DNA from: Treponemataceae bacterium
GTDB lineage: Bacteria > Spirochaetota > Spirochaetia > Treponematales > Rectinemataceae
Reading direction: 5' to 3'
Assembly: GCA_963678065.2 (NCBI GenBank)
Contig: CAXXVZ010000001.1
Span: 1-62,017, forward strand
Length of the DNA stretch: 62,017 bases
Part shown: positions 1-8,782 of the stretch, piece by piece
Position numbering within the stretch: position 1 is the stretch's first letter
Layout: every line of letters begins with the position of its first letter
Program-made: the position numbers and the translations under genes
Notes under the pieces: generated by a model
Told to the model about the DNA's origin: nothing
Seen by the model: only the letters and a program-made list of their open reading frames with translations
Database searches by the model: none

Positions 1-417
1 CAGCCGGCCATATCGAAGCAACTCGGACCCTATGTCGGACTCATCATCACGAACTGCATCCTGATGGGCCGCGCGGAGGCTTTCGCGGCCGCCAACAAGC
101 CCTGGCCCTCATTCGTGGACGGAATCGCCAACGGCCTCGGCTACGGAGCCGTCCTCATGTGCATCGCGGTGATCCGCGAGTTCCTCGGATTCGGAAGTCT
201 TCTCGGCATCAAGATCGTCGGCCCCGGTTTCACGCCCTGGACCATAATGATCATGGCTCCGAGCGCCTTCTTCCTCGTCGCCCTCGCCCTCTGGGGGGCC
301 AACACCTACAAGGCGGGCGCGAAGAAAAAACCGGCGCCGCCGGCGACTGCGCCTGCCGCCGCGCCCGGCCCGGCGACGACCGCCCCCGCCCAGAGCGCGG
401 CCGGCGTGACAAAGTGA
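1..417 (+). CDS. nqrD: Na+-translocating NADH:quinone reductase subunit D-like (NqrD/RnfE family), 5'-truncated by window edge
   Basis: Frame 1 is open from base 1: LGPYVGLIITNCILMGRAEAFA...DGIANGLGYG...IREFLGFG...MAPSAFF matches the NqrD/RnfE signature; followed by nqrE- and nqrF-like genes. Confidence 0.8.
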   Translation, partial: QPAISKQLGPYVGLIITNCILMGRAEAFAAANKPWPSFVDGIANGLGYGAVLMCIAVIREFLGFGSLLGIKIVGPGFTPWTIMIMAPSAFFLVALALWGANTYKAGAKKKPAPPATAPAAAPGPATTAPAQSAAGVTK

Positions 418-424
418 GGACCAC

Positions 425-1024
425 ATGCCAGTAACACCCAATGTCGGACTTATCAGTCTCCTCCTCGCCTCCATCTTTACGAGCAACATCCTGTTGTCCA
501 ACTTCCTCGGCACCTGCTCCTTCATCGCCATTTCCAAAGACTGGAAGAGCTCTCTCGGCCTCGGCGTGGCTGTCACCCTCGTCATCGGGCTCTGCGCCGC
601 CGTCTGCTGGATCGTCCTGTGGTGGGTCATCATCCCGCTCAGGATCGAGTACCTCTCCTTCATCATCTTCATCATCGTGATCGCGGCCGTCGTGCAGATG
701 CTCGAGATGATCATCGACCGCTACTCGCCCTCCCTCTACATGGCTCTCGGAATCTTCCTTCCCCTCATCACCGTCAACTGCGCCGTCCTCGGCGTCATTC
801 TCTTCATGCAGATCCGCAACTACAACTTCCTGCAGGCCGTCGTGTTCGGATTCGGCTCGGGAGCGGGCTGGTGGCTCGCCATCATGCTGCTCGCGGCGAT
901 CCGCAAGCGGGTAGACAAGGCTCCCGTCCCGGCGGGCCTCAAGGGGACAGGAATAACCCTCGTCACCATCGGCTTCATGGCGATGGCCTTCATCGGCTTC
1001 TCCGGCATGATCGCCGTACAGTAA
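425..1024 (+). CDS. nqrE: NqrE/RnfA family membrane subunit
   Basis: NILLSNFLGTCSFIAISK and LGIFLPLITVNCAVLG motifs, about 6 TM segments, GAGG RBS. Confidence 0.8.
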   Translation: MPVTPNVGLISLLLASIFTSNILLSNFLGTCSFIAISKDWKSSLGLGVAVTLVIGLCAAVCWIVLWWVIIPLRIEYLSFIIFIIVIAAVVQMLEMIIDRYSPSLYMALGIFLPLITVNCAVLGVILFMQIRNYNFLQAVVFGFGSGAGWWLAIMLLAAIRKRVDKAPVPAGLKGTGITLVTIGFMAMAFIGFSGMIAVQ

Positions 1025-1037
1025 GGAGGCAGCCGCT

Positions 1038-2156
1038 ATGACCATGATCCTCGTCGGCCCCCTCGCTGTCGCCGGCCTCTCCACGGCCCTCGCCCTCCTC
1101 ATCGCCATCCTGGACATGCTCCTCAACAACTACGGTCAGCTGACCATCGACATCAACGGCGGAAAGAAAAAGCTGGATGTGAAAGGAGGCTCGGCGCTCC
1201 TCGGCACACTCGCGGAGAAGGACATCTTCGTCCCCTCGGCCTGCGGCGGCAAGGGCTCCTGCGGCGCCTGCAAATGCCAGTTCGTGACCGACGTGGGCGA
1301 GCACCTTCCCACCGAGACTCCCTACCTCAGCCCCGACGAGATGAAAAACAATGTCCACCTCGCCTGCCAGGTCAAGGTTCGCAAGAACCTCGAGATCACC
1401 CTGCCCGAGGAATTCTTCTACGTCAAAAAATTCCAGTCCCGGGTCGAGAGCATCCGCGACCTCACCTACGACATCAAGGAAGTGGTCTTCGCCCTTGCAG
1501 ACCGCGAGATCGAGTTCAAGCCCGGACAGTATGTCCAGCTCGTCGTCCCGCCCTACGACAAGATTCCCGATTCGGCCCAGAGAGCCTACTCGATGTCCTC
1601 CCGCCCCGTGGACAGAAAGCATGTCGAGCTTCTCATTCGCCTCGTTCCCGGCGGCATCGCGACGACCTGGGTGCACAAGTACCTGAAAAAGGGTGACAAG
1701 GTCGAACTTATAGGCCCCTTCGGCGAGTTCGGCGTTCGCGACACGGGCGCGACCATGCTCTGCGTGGCCGGCGGCTCCGGCATGGCGCCGTTTAAAAGCA
1801 TCCTCTACCACATGTTCGAGACAAACGAGTGGGCCGGCAAAGAAATCTGGTACTTTTTCGGCGCGCGCACGACGAAGGACATGTTCTATCTGGACGAGAT
1901 GCGCGAGCTCGAGAAGAAATTCCCGAGATTCCACTTCATCGCGGCCCTGTCAGAACCGAAACCCGAGGAGAACTGGGCGGGCGACGTCGGACTTATAACC
2001 AACGTCCTCGACAGCTACATCAAGACGAAGATCGACGCATCCAAGGGCTTCGAGGGCTACCTCTGCGGCTCTCCGGGCATGATCAACGCGTGCATCGCCG
2101 TCATGAACAAAAACGGCGTCGGCAATGACAGGATTTACTACGACAAGTTCGCCTGA
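1038..2156 (+). CDS. nqrF: NqrF-like 2Fe-2S/FAD/NAD(H) oxidoreductase with N-terminal TM anchor
   Basis: N-terminal TM; SACGGKGSCGACKC...LACQ (2Fe-2S); RAYSM (FAD); GGSGMAP and YLCGSPGM (NAD); C-terminal YDKFA; AAGGAGG RBS. Confidence 0.75.
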   Translation: MTMILVGPLAVAGLSTALALLIAILDMLLNNYGQLTIDINGGKKKLDVKGGSALLGTLAEKDIFVPSACGGKGSCGACKCQFVTDVGEHLPTETPYLSPDEMKNNVHLACQVKVRKNLEITLPEEFFYVKKFQSRVESIRDLTYDIKEVVFALADREIEFKPGQYVQLVVPPYDKIPDSAQRAYSMSSRPVDRKHVELLIRLVPGGIATTWVHKYLKKGDKVELIGPFGEFGVRDTGATMLCVAGGSGMAPFKSILYHMFETNEWAGKEIWYFFGARTTKDMFYLDEMRELEKKFPRFHFIAALSEPKPEENWAGDVGLITNVLDSYIKTKIDASKGFEGYLCGSPGMINACIAVMNKNGVGNDRIYYDKFA

Positions 2157-2171
2157 TCGGGGAGGAATGCC

Positions 2172-2660
2172 ATGAAGAACAATGCACAGGAAAGGCTGGC
2201 CCACGAGAAGATGCTCCCCGGCGTCATAACCGCCCAGGGCTTCCTCGGCTCGGACGAACGGTTCCCCGCCGACATTATCGCAGAGGACGAGGCGGAGTTC
2301 GCGCGGCTCGGTCTGGATTTTGCAGACATTGCGGCCAGACTTGCCCGCATCCGCGATGAGGGTGAGAAGGGACTCGGGGAGCCGATAACGGTGGACGGCG
2401 CATGGGTAGTACAGACCGGCGACGCGCGCGGCAAGCTCGCCTGCCCCTACGGAGACGGCATATTCCACAAGAACGGCATCTCGGTCCGCCTCGCATCGCC
2501 GGGCAAACCCGCTGAATCCTGCGTCGAGGGCGAGGATATCCTGATTTTTTCCGATCTCTCGATCCACCTGCTCGCGGAGCACCACTTCCTGCAGGGCCTG
2601 GGTTCGCCCTTCAGGCTCGAACCTGCGGCGATCAAGGCGATACTGTACGCTGACGCCTGA
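2172..2660 (+). CDS. Conserved-looking hypothetical protein, last gene of the nqr-like operon
   Basis: GGAGG RBS, 15 bp after nqrF, typical codon usage, CPY..H and HLLAEHHFLQG..SPFRLEP motifs. Confidence 0.7.
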   Translation: MKNNAQERLAHEKMLPGVITAQGFLGSDERFPADIIAEDEAEFARLGLDFADIAARLARIRDEGEKGLGEPITVDGAWVVQTGDARGKLACPYGDGIFHKNGISVRLASPGKPAESCVEGEDILIFSDLSIHLLAEHHFLQGLGSPFRLEPAAIKAILYADA

Positions 2661-2663
2661 TTG

Positions 2664-2690
2664 CCGGTGCCGGCTTCGATCCGGCACCGG
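2664..2690. terminator. GC hairpin between convergent nqr operon and ftsK
   Basis: Perfect 10-bp stem CCGGTGCCGG-7nt-CCGGCACCGG; no U-tract. Confidence 0.45.
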
Positions 2691-2746
2691 GCCTGGCCCC
2701 GGTCATCAGTCGGGCTCTGTTGCGCCCCGCTTCGTAACCGGCCGGA

Positions 2747-5428
2747 TCAGTCTTCGTCGCGGCCCGTGACGCGCTGGCCGGGAACAGTCTCCGGATCTCC
2801 GAGGAGGTCTCGCCGGCGGGCGGCTCCAGCCCCGGCGCCGCTTCCTCCGCCCCCGCCTGAGTGCTCTATCCGCCCCGGCGAGTCGCCCGTCATGTTGCGC
2901 CCCGCGATGTCGGGGTTGCGCACGAGGTCGCGGGGCTTGGATCCTTGGGCCGGGCCGACGATCCCCCGCTGCTCCATGAGCTCTACGAGACGGGCCGCCC
3001 GGTTGTAGCCGACCTTCAGTCTGCGCTGGATGTATGAAGCGCTCGCCTTCCCCTGCTGCATGACGATCTCGAGGGCTTTCTCGAAGAGAGGATCTCCGTC
3101 CCCGTCGTCGAAGAGCGTGGGATCGGCGTCCTCCTCGTCCTCGTCGAAGAAAATCTCGTCGTCGATGTATTCCGGCTCGCCGAGTGTGCGCACGAACTCG
3201 ACGGCCTTCTCGACCTCATCGTCCGAGACGAAGGCCCCTTGCATGCGCACGGGGAAGGGGTCGGCGGCGCCCGAGAAGAGCATGTCTCCCCGCCCGAGCA
3301 ACTTCTCCGCGCCGACCATGTCGATGATGATGCGGCTGTCGAACTTGCCCGCCACCATGAAGGCGATGCGGCTCGGGATGTTGGCCTTGATGAGGCCCGT
3401 GATGACGTCGATGCTCGGCCTCTGCGTCGCGAGGACGAGGTGGATGCCGACGGCGCGCGACATGGCGGCGAGCCGCGCCAGTGTCGACTCGAGCTCCTTG
3501 CCCGTCGTCGCCATGAGATCGGCGAACTCGTCCACGATGACGACGATGTAAGGCAGCTTGTCCTGCGCGAGATTCTTTTCCTTGACCCTGCGGTTGTAGC
3601 TCTTGATGTCGCGCACTCCGACCTTGTCCAGCATGCTGTAGCGCCGTTCCATCTCGCAGATGCAGTACTGCAGGGCCTGGAACGCGCGCTTGGGCTCGGT
3701 GATGACCGGTGTGAGGAGGTGCGGAATGTCGTTGTAGAGCTTCAGCTCGACGATCTTCGGGTCGATGAGGAGAAGCTTCACATCTGCCGGCGAGCGGCGG
3801 TACAGGATCGAGAGGATGATGGAGTTGACGCAGACCGACTTGCCCGAGCCCGTCGCCCCCGCGATGAGGAGGTGAGGCGTCGCGGTGAGATCGATGAACT
3901 GAACCTCGCCCGCGATATCCTTGCCGAGAACGACGGGGATCTCCATCTTGGCGGACTTGAAGGCTTCGTGGTCGACGATCTCGCGGAGCGAGACGATGGC
4001 GCGCTTCTCGTTCGGGACCTCGATGCCGACGGCGTGTTTGCCCGGAATCGGCGCCACGATGCGCACGCTGGAGGCCGCGAGCCGGAGGGCGATGTTGTCG
4101 CCGAGGTTCGTGATTTTGGAGAGCTTGACGCCGGGAGCCGGCAGTATTTCGAACATGGTGATGACGGGCCCTTTCCGGATGCCCGTGACCTCGGCCTCGA
4201 TGCCGAACTCTGCAAGGGTGGCCCGGAGGACTTCCGCGGACTGGCGGGTCTTGTCGTCGATGATCCAGTACTGGCCGTCCGGGTAGGTGTTCAGGATTCC
4301 GTCGACGGGCACTTCGTAGGCTTTTTCCTTTTTCCGGGCGAGAATGCGCTTGATCGCGGCCTCACCCGCCTGCTCTCCCGCCCAACCTTCGTCGCGGGAA
4401 GCGTGCTGGGGCGGAACCGAGGTGAATTCGATGGCCCCCGTTCCGGGGATGGTCACGACGACCGGACCGGACTGCTCTTCCTGGTCCTTTTTTTCGACGA
4501 CCGGACCCGGCTTTTTCACGCGGAGAATGTCCACCGCCTGAAGCATGGTCATCTCTTCGGCATCGAAATCGTGGGGAACGGCAGGTCCGGGGAAGGCTTG
4601 GGCGACCTCCGATATCGCCGCCGAGGGCAGGGTATCGTCGTCGTACACGCTCTCCGCTCCGGCGGTCCGATACCGGGTAGTGGGGTCGCGAGCCCGGTCG
4701 GAGCCGCCACCCGGACTCTGAGGAGAATATCCCGGAATGTAGCCGTTCTCGCCGCTCTCCTCCATGTCCCTCTGGTCTTCGGTGGATCTGTCGTTTTTCC
4801 CGCCGGCGCGAGGCGGAAGCTTCGGAAGCCGGATGTCGATGGAAGCGGGATCAAAAGTGGCGGGATCGATCGTGCGGGGCTTTTTCCGGCCCTTGCGCCG
4901 GGTCTCCGTTTGCACGCTTTCATAGGAGTGTGCGACGGCCGGGGATCCATCTTCGCGGAGCTCCGGGCGGGACGCTTCGGCGTTGACGAAAGCCTGCACC
5001 CTGAAGAACCCGAAGGCGACCAGGGCGAGAGTGAGAACCCCGATGACGCCCAGCGTTACCTGTATCGATGGCAGGCCTATGGCCGCCAGGAGAGGCCATG
5101 AGTTGAAGACCGCGACGGGATTGGAGGTGACCCGCGCGTACGCGGCGAGAACAAGAAAGGGTAGAAGCGAGGCTGAGAGGAGATACAGCAACCTCGGATG
5201 AAACCCCGGCAACACGATGAGCAGGGCGAGACAGGCGAGCCAGAGCGGGACGTAAAGGGCCGCCCAGGAGAATGCTCCGACGAGGAAGGATCCGATGGCG
5301 ACAAAAAAGCCCGGACCATCCGCCCAGACAAGGCAGAGGCCCATGGAAAACAGTGTCCAGAGCGCTGCGACGGCGATGAGGCCGGAGGCTATCCGTACGA
5401 GTGTGGACCTGTTCAGCAAAATGGGCAT
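2747..5428 (-). CDS. ftsK: DNA translocase FtsK/SpoIIIE
   Basis: N-terminal TMs, linker, PHLLIAGATGSGKS, IVDEFADLM, ATQRPS, gamma domain ASYIQRRLKVGYNRAARL. Confidence 0.96.
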   Translation of the reverse strand: MPILLNRSTLVRIASGLIAVAALWTLFSMGLCLVWADGPGFFVAIGSFLVGAFSWAALYVPLWLACLALLIVLPGFHPRLLYLLSASLLPFLVLAAYARVTSNPVAVFNSWPLLAAIGLPSIQVTLGVIGVLTLALVAFGFFRVQAFVNAEASRPELREDGSPAVAHSYESVQTETRRKGRKKPRTIDPATFDPASIDIRLPKLPPRAGGKNDRSTEDQRDMEESGENGYIPGYSPQSPGGGSDRARDPTTRYRTAGAESVYDDDTLPSAAISEVAQAFPGPAVPHDFDAEEMTMLQAVDILRVKKPGPVVEKKDQEEQSGPVVVTIPGTGAIEFTSVPPQHASRDEGWAGEQAGEAAIKRILARKKEKAYEVPVDGILNTYPDGQYWIIDDKTRQSAEVLRATLAEFGIEAEVTGIRKGPVITMFEILPAPGVKLSKITNLGDNIALRLAASSVRIVAPIPGKHAVGIEVPNEKRAIVSLREIVDHEAFKSAKMEIPVVLGKDIAGEVQFIDLTATPHLLIAGATGSGKSVCVNSIILSILYRRSPADVKLLLIDPKIVELKLYNDIPHLLTPVITEPKRAFQALQYCICEMERRYSMLDKVGVRDIKSYNRRVKEKNLAQDKLPYIVVIVDEFADLMATTGKELESTLARLAAMSRAVGIHLVLATQRPSIDVITGLIKANIPSRIAFMVAGKFDSRIIIDMVGAEKLLGRGDMLFSGAADPFPVRMQGAFVSDDEVEKAVEFVRTLGEPEYIDDEIFFDEDEEDADPTLFDDGDGDPLFEKALEIVMQQGKASASYIQRRLKVGYNRAARLVELMEQRGIVGPAQGSKPRDLVRNPDIAGRNMTGDSPGRIEHSGGGGGSGAGAGAARRRDLLGDPETVPGQRVTGRDED

Positions 5429-5524
5429 CGCCTCTCCCGGGAATCATCTCATACGCGGATCGCCCGGACAAACCGGGACCGGCCTACCGGGACGAGATCT
5501 CCCTACAGCCTTATCGGCCGTTTT

Positions 5525-6322
5525 TCAGAAAAACAAAAGCCCCGCGAGCCCCACAGGGACAAGATACGCCGCAAACCATGCGATCTTGCCGTTTTTGATC
5601 ACTTTGACGAGAAGGCTCAGAGCCAGAAGTCCCGAGAGGAAGGCGGTGACGAAGGCGACGGCGAGAGGCCCCAGCTCGACTGAGGATTCTACGGCGGCGG
5701 CGTCTTTCAGAGTGAGGATGAAGGCCCCGAGAATAGCCGGTATGGAGAGGAGGAAGGAAAACTCTCCGGCTCTGTCCCTGCGCATCCCGACGGCCATGCC
5801 GGCGGCTATCGTCATTCCCGAGCGACTGATGCCCGAGAAGACACCGAAGCCCTGAGCCAATCCGATGACCGCTCCCTGACCGAGGGTCATCGACCTGTAC
5901 TCGCCCGTTCCGGGCTTCAGGAAGGCCGTGCCCGCCAGGACGGCGGCCGTCACGAGCAGCTCGAGGGATGCTATCTTTGCGCCCTCGGGAGGAAGGAATT
6001 TCTGGATGGCGTAGCCTATTGCGGCGGTGATGACCGTCGCGATGAGGCCGGGAAGGAGGATAGCGAGGTTGTCGGCATCCTCGGGACCTCTCTTTCCGCG
6101 TAGAAGGCGCCAGAACGAAACGAAGATCCCGCCTATCCGTTTCCTGAACACTATGACGACAGCCAGAAGGGTCGCTATGTGGAGGCTGATATCAAAAAAC
6201 AGAGGCATCTCCCTGAGCCCGAAAATGTCCTGGAAGATGACAAGGTGTCCGCTCGAGGATACCGGAAAAAATTCCGCGATTCCCTGGACAAGGCCGAGGA
6301 TGACTGCCTGGAAGTAGTTCAT
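5525..6322 (-). CDS. uppP: Undecaprenyl-diphosphate phosphatase (BacA)
   Basis: LGLVQGIAEFFPVSSSGHL and GISRSGMTI motifs; ATG at 6322 chosen for AAGGAG spacing. Confidence 0.94.
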   Translation of the reverse strand: MNYFQAVILGLVQGIAEFFPVSSSGHLVIFQDIFGLREMPLFFDISLHIATLLAVVIVFRKRIGGIFVSFWRLLRGKRGPEDADNLAILLPGLIATVITAAIGYAIQKFLPPEGAKIASLELLVTAAVLAGTAFLKPGTGEYRSMTLGQGAVIGLAQGFGVFSGISRSGMTIAAGMAVGMRRDRAGEFSFLLSIPAILGAFILTLKDAAAVESSVELGPLAVAFVTAFLSGLLALSLLVKVIKNGKIAWFAAYLVPVGLAGLLFF

Positions 6323-6425
6323 GGGCACGCTCCTTGGGCGGAAGTATAGCGGGGCGCTCCCTGACTGTCAGCCTGTGCAAGGTATTCCAGGATGGATATT
6401 TTCAGTGCCCTGGAGTGCGCCACCG

Positions 6426-6455
6426 TTGTCAAAACTGCCATATAATGCTTATACT
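6426..6455 (+). promoter_or_regulatory. Putative sigma70 promoter for slyD operon
   Basis: TTGTCA-18-TATACT, with an additional TATAAT at 6441-6446. Confidence 0.5.
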
Positions 6456-6519
6456 ATGTCTTCACAAATAAACATGGGGCCACCGTCCTTTCGGAACGTA
6501 CTCCCCAAAAAGGAATATC

Positions 6520-7086
6520 ATGCTTATCCAGAAAGACCGCGTGGTCACCCTTGATTACAGCCTCACCGACGCCGAGGGCGAGATCATCGATTCTTCCGAG
6601 GGAGCCGAGCCTCTCGTCTATCTTCACGGCAACGAGAACATCATTCCCGGCCTCGAGAAACACCTCGAGGGTAAGAGTGCGGGCGACGCGGTCAAATGTG
6701 TGGTCCCCGCCACTGAAGGCTACGGCGAGCGCGACGACGACCTCATTTTCAAGGTCGGAAAGGCCGAGTTCGGCCCCGACGCCGAAGTCCAGGTCGGCAT
6801 GCAGTTCGAGGCCCACGGCGAAGAAGGCGCCCAGATCGTCACGGTAGTGGCCATCAACGGCGACGAAGTCACCATCGACGCCAACCACCCCCTCGCCGGC
6901 GAAGAGCTCCACTTCGACGTCAAAGTCGTCGATGTCCGCGAGGCCACTGCCGAAGAGCTCGAGCACGGCCATGTCCACTCCGAGGGCGGATGCGGATGCG
7001 GCGGCGAGTGCGACGACTGCGACTGTGAAGACGGCGAGTGCGACGACGAAAGCAGCTGCGGCTGTGGCTGCGGAGACAGCAAATAA
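6520..7086 (+). CDS. slyD: FKBP-type peptidyl-prolyl isomerase SlyD with Cys/acidic metal-binding tail
   Basis: PLVYLHGNENIIPGLE, DANHPLAGEELHFDVKVVDVREATAEELEHGHVH. Confidence 0.94.
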   Translation: MLIQKDRVVTLDYSLTDAEGEIIDSSEGAEPLVYLHGNENIIPGLEKHLEGKSAGDAVKCVVPATEGYGERDDDLIFKVGKAEFGPDAEVQVGMQFEAHGEEGAQIVTVVAINGDEVTIDANHPLAGEELHFDVKVVDVREATAEELEHGHVHSEGGCGCGGECDDCDCEDGECDDESSCGCGCGDSK

Positions 7087-7100
7087 TCCCGAAGCCCGTC

Positions 7101-7469
7101 ATACGACTCAAACCCCTGGACTACGGCCTCATCCTTCTGGGATTGCTGGCCGTAGTTCTTGTTTCTGTAAGCGTGTACTCGAAAGCGGGCAACGAGCTCT
7201 CCGTCGTCATCGGCGGCGCCGAGGGCGAATGGATATATCCCCTGGACGGGGACAGGACCATCGAGGTCGCAGGTCCCATCGGGGTTTCCGTCGTAGAGAT
7301 TCACGGCAACCATGTCCACATGGCATCCTCTCCCTGCAAGAATCAGACCTGCGTCGCTGCCGGACAGATCGGTTCCGCGGGCCAATGGCTCGCCTGCCTG
7401 CCCAATCGGGTCTTTGTCCGGATCGAAGGGAAAAACGATGATGACAAACTCGATGCCGCAGTCTACTGA
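7101..7469 (+). CDS. NusG domain II-like (DUF1312/Lin0431) membrane-anchored protein; start codon uncertain
   Basis: N-terminal TM then SSPCKNQTCV...G...LACLPNRVFVRI...DAAVY; no in-frame ATG (ATA at 7101 or GTG at 7038 possible). Confidence 0.8.
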   Translation: MRLKPLDYGLILLGLLAVVLVSVSVYSKAGNELSVVIGGAEGEWIYPLDGDRTIEVAGPIGVSVVEIHGNHVHMASSPCKNQTCVAAGQIGSAGQWLACLPNRVFVRIEGKNDDDKLDAAVY

Positions 7470-8049
7470 AACGGGCACTCCGTCTCTATCCGGCGCCCTG
7501 ACCCAATCCGGCAATCCGGCGAATGTGAGGTTCCGTGACAAGGCGGACCTCACGGCCCTGCTCGGCGCCTTCTGCTTTTTTCTCTCCGCCCTCGAATACA
7601 TGATTCCGAAACCGCTCCCCTTCATGCGCCTCGGCATCGCCAACCTCCCCATACTCCTCGCCGTGGACCTCCTCCCCATGAAGTGGTTTCTGGTTCTCGC
7701 CCTCGTCAAGGTCGTGGGAATGAGCGTGATCTCCGGTTCGCTCTTCTCCTATATCGCCCTCTTCTCTCTGGCGGGAACCCTGATCGCCGCCCTCGCGATG
7801 TGGGCGGCGCGGAAAGCGGGGGGACGGTACATTTCGGCCGTCGGCGTATCGGTAGTCGGAGCCGTCACATCCAACGCGGTCCAGATCCTCATAGCCCGCG
7901 CCGTCGTGTTCGGCAAAGCGGCGATCCTCATAGCGCCGCTCTTCATCGGCATGGGATTAGTTACGGGAACCCTCCTCGGCATCTTCGCCGAGAGCTTCGT
8001 CGGCAAATCGCGGTGGTACGCGCGGGCTGCGGAGAGCTTGCGTGGCTGA
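7453..8049 (+). CDS. Gx transporter / heptaprenyl diphosphate synthase component I family (ECF S-component-like)
   Basis: LSALEYMIPKPLPFMRLGIANL, SAVGVSVVGAVTSNAVQI, GLVTGTLLG; overlaps upstream gene. Confidence 0.85.
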   Translation: MPQSTETGTPSLSGALTQSGNPANVRFRDKADLTALLGAFCFFLSALEYMIPKPLPFMRLGIANLPILLAVDLLPMKWFLVLALVKVVGMSVISGSLFSYIALFSLAGTLIAALAMWAARKAGGRYISAVGVSVVGAVTSNAVQILIARAVVFGKAAILIAPLFIGMGLVTGTLLGIFAESFVGKSRWYARAAESLRG

Positions 8050-8782
8050 GAGGAAGTCCGAGGCTGCCCGCGCCAGGGCGCTGCGCAGGGAGCGTTTTGA
8101 GTCCGGGTTTACGGCGAGCCATCTGGCGGCGGCGGGAGCCGTCATATCGGCGGCCTTCCTCTTCCAGCACTCTCTTGCCGTAAAACTGCTCATGCTACTC
8201 GCCTTCATCGGCGCGGCATGGTGCGCGGGCAAACGTTTTTCCCTCATCGCGACCCTCTTCGTGGCCGCGACGATCGTGGCGGCCAACCTGCTGCTTCCCT
8301 TCGGGAAAGTGCTCTTCAGCCTCGGACCTGTCACGATCACCCAGGGCGCCCTCCTCGGGGGCATCGAGAAGGCCGTGACCTTCGAGGGACTCATGTACGC
8401 ATCCAAGGCGTGCATCCTGCCGAGCCTGAAACTTCCCGGCCGCTTCGGCTCCGTCGTGGCCAAGGCCTTTGTCTATTACGACCGCATCGTCGAATACAAG
8501 GGCAGAATCCGTGCCGCCAGCCTGATCTCCGACGTCGATGAACTCATGCTCGATATATGGGAATCCGAAGCCGAAGGCTCGGGTTCAGCCGAAGGCTCGG
8601 GTTCAGCCGAAGGCTCGGGTTCAGCCGAAGGCTCGGGTTCAGCCGGAAAAAAAACCGACGGAGCTTCCCCCGCCGGTTTCGCGACTGCATCCGCCGTCTT
8701 TGCGCCGCCAAGGCATCCCGTTTCCGGGATTCTCATCCTCGCCGGACTTTCCGCTCTTTCCTGTCTCGCCCTTCTTATTTGA
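8042..8782 (+). CDS. Membrane protein resembling the N-terminal part of an ECF T component (EcfT/CbiQ)
   Basis: Several TMs; [20 protein letters not shown] resembles the EcfT loop; overlaps upstream gene by 8 bp. Confidence 0.55.
   Translation: MAERKSEAARARALRRERFESGFTASHLAAAGAVISAAFLFQHSLAVKLLMLLAFIGAAWCAGKRFSLIATLFVAATIVAANLLLPFGKVLFSLGPVTITQGALLGGIEKAVTFEGLMYASKACILPSLKLPGRFGSVVAKAFVYYDRIVEYKGRIRAASLISDVDELMLDIWESEAEGSGSAEGSGSAEGSGSAEGSGSAGKKTDGASPAGFATASAVFAPPRHPVSGILILAGLSALSCLALLI
8570..8641 (+). repeat. Perfect in-frame tandem repeat, 18 bp x4 (GCCGAAGGCTCGGGTTCA), encoding (AEGSGS)4
   Basis: Read directly from sequence. Confidence 0.95.

Noticed and set aside
8570..8641. Tandem repeat as a CRISPR array
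   Set aside because: No spacers, 18-bp in-frame unit, no cas genes
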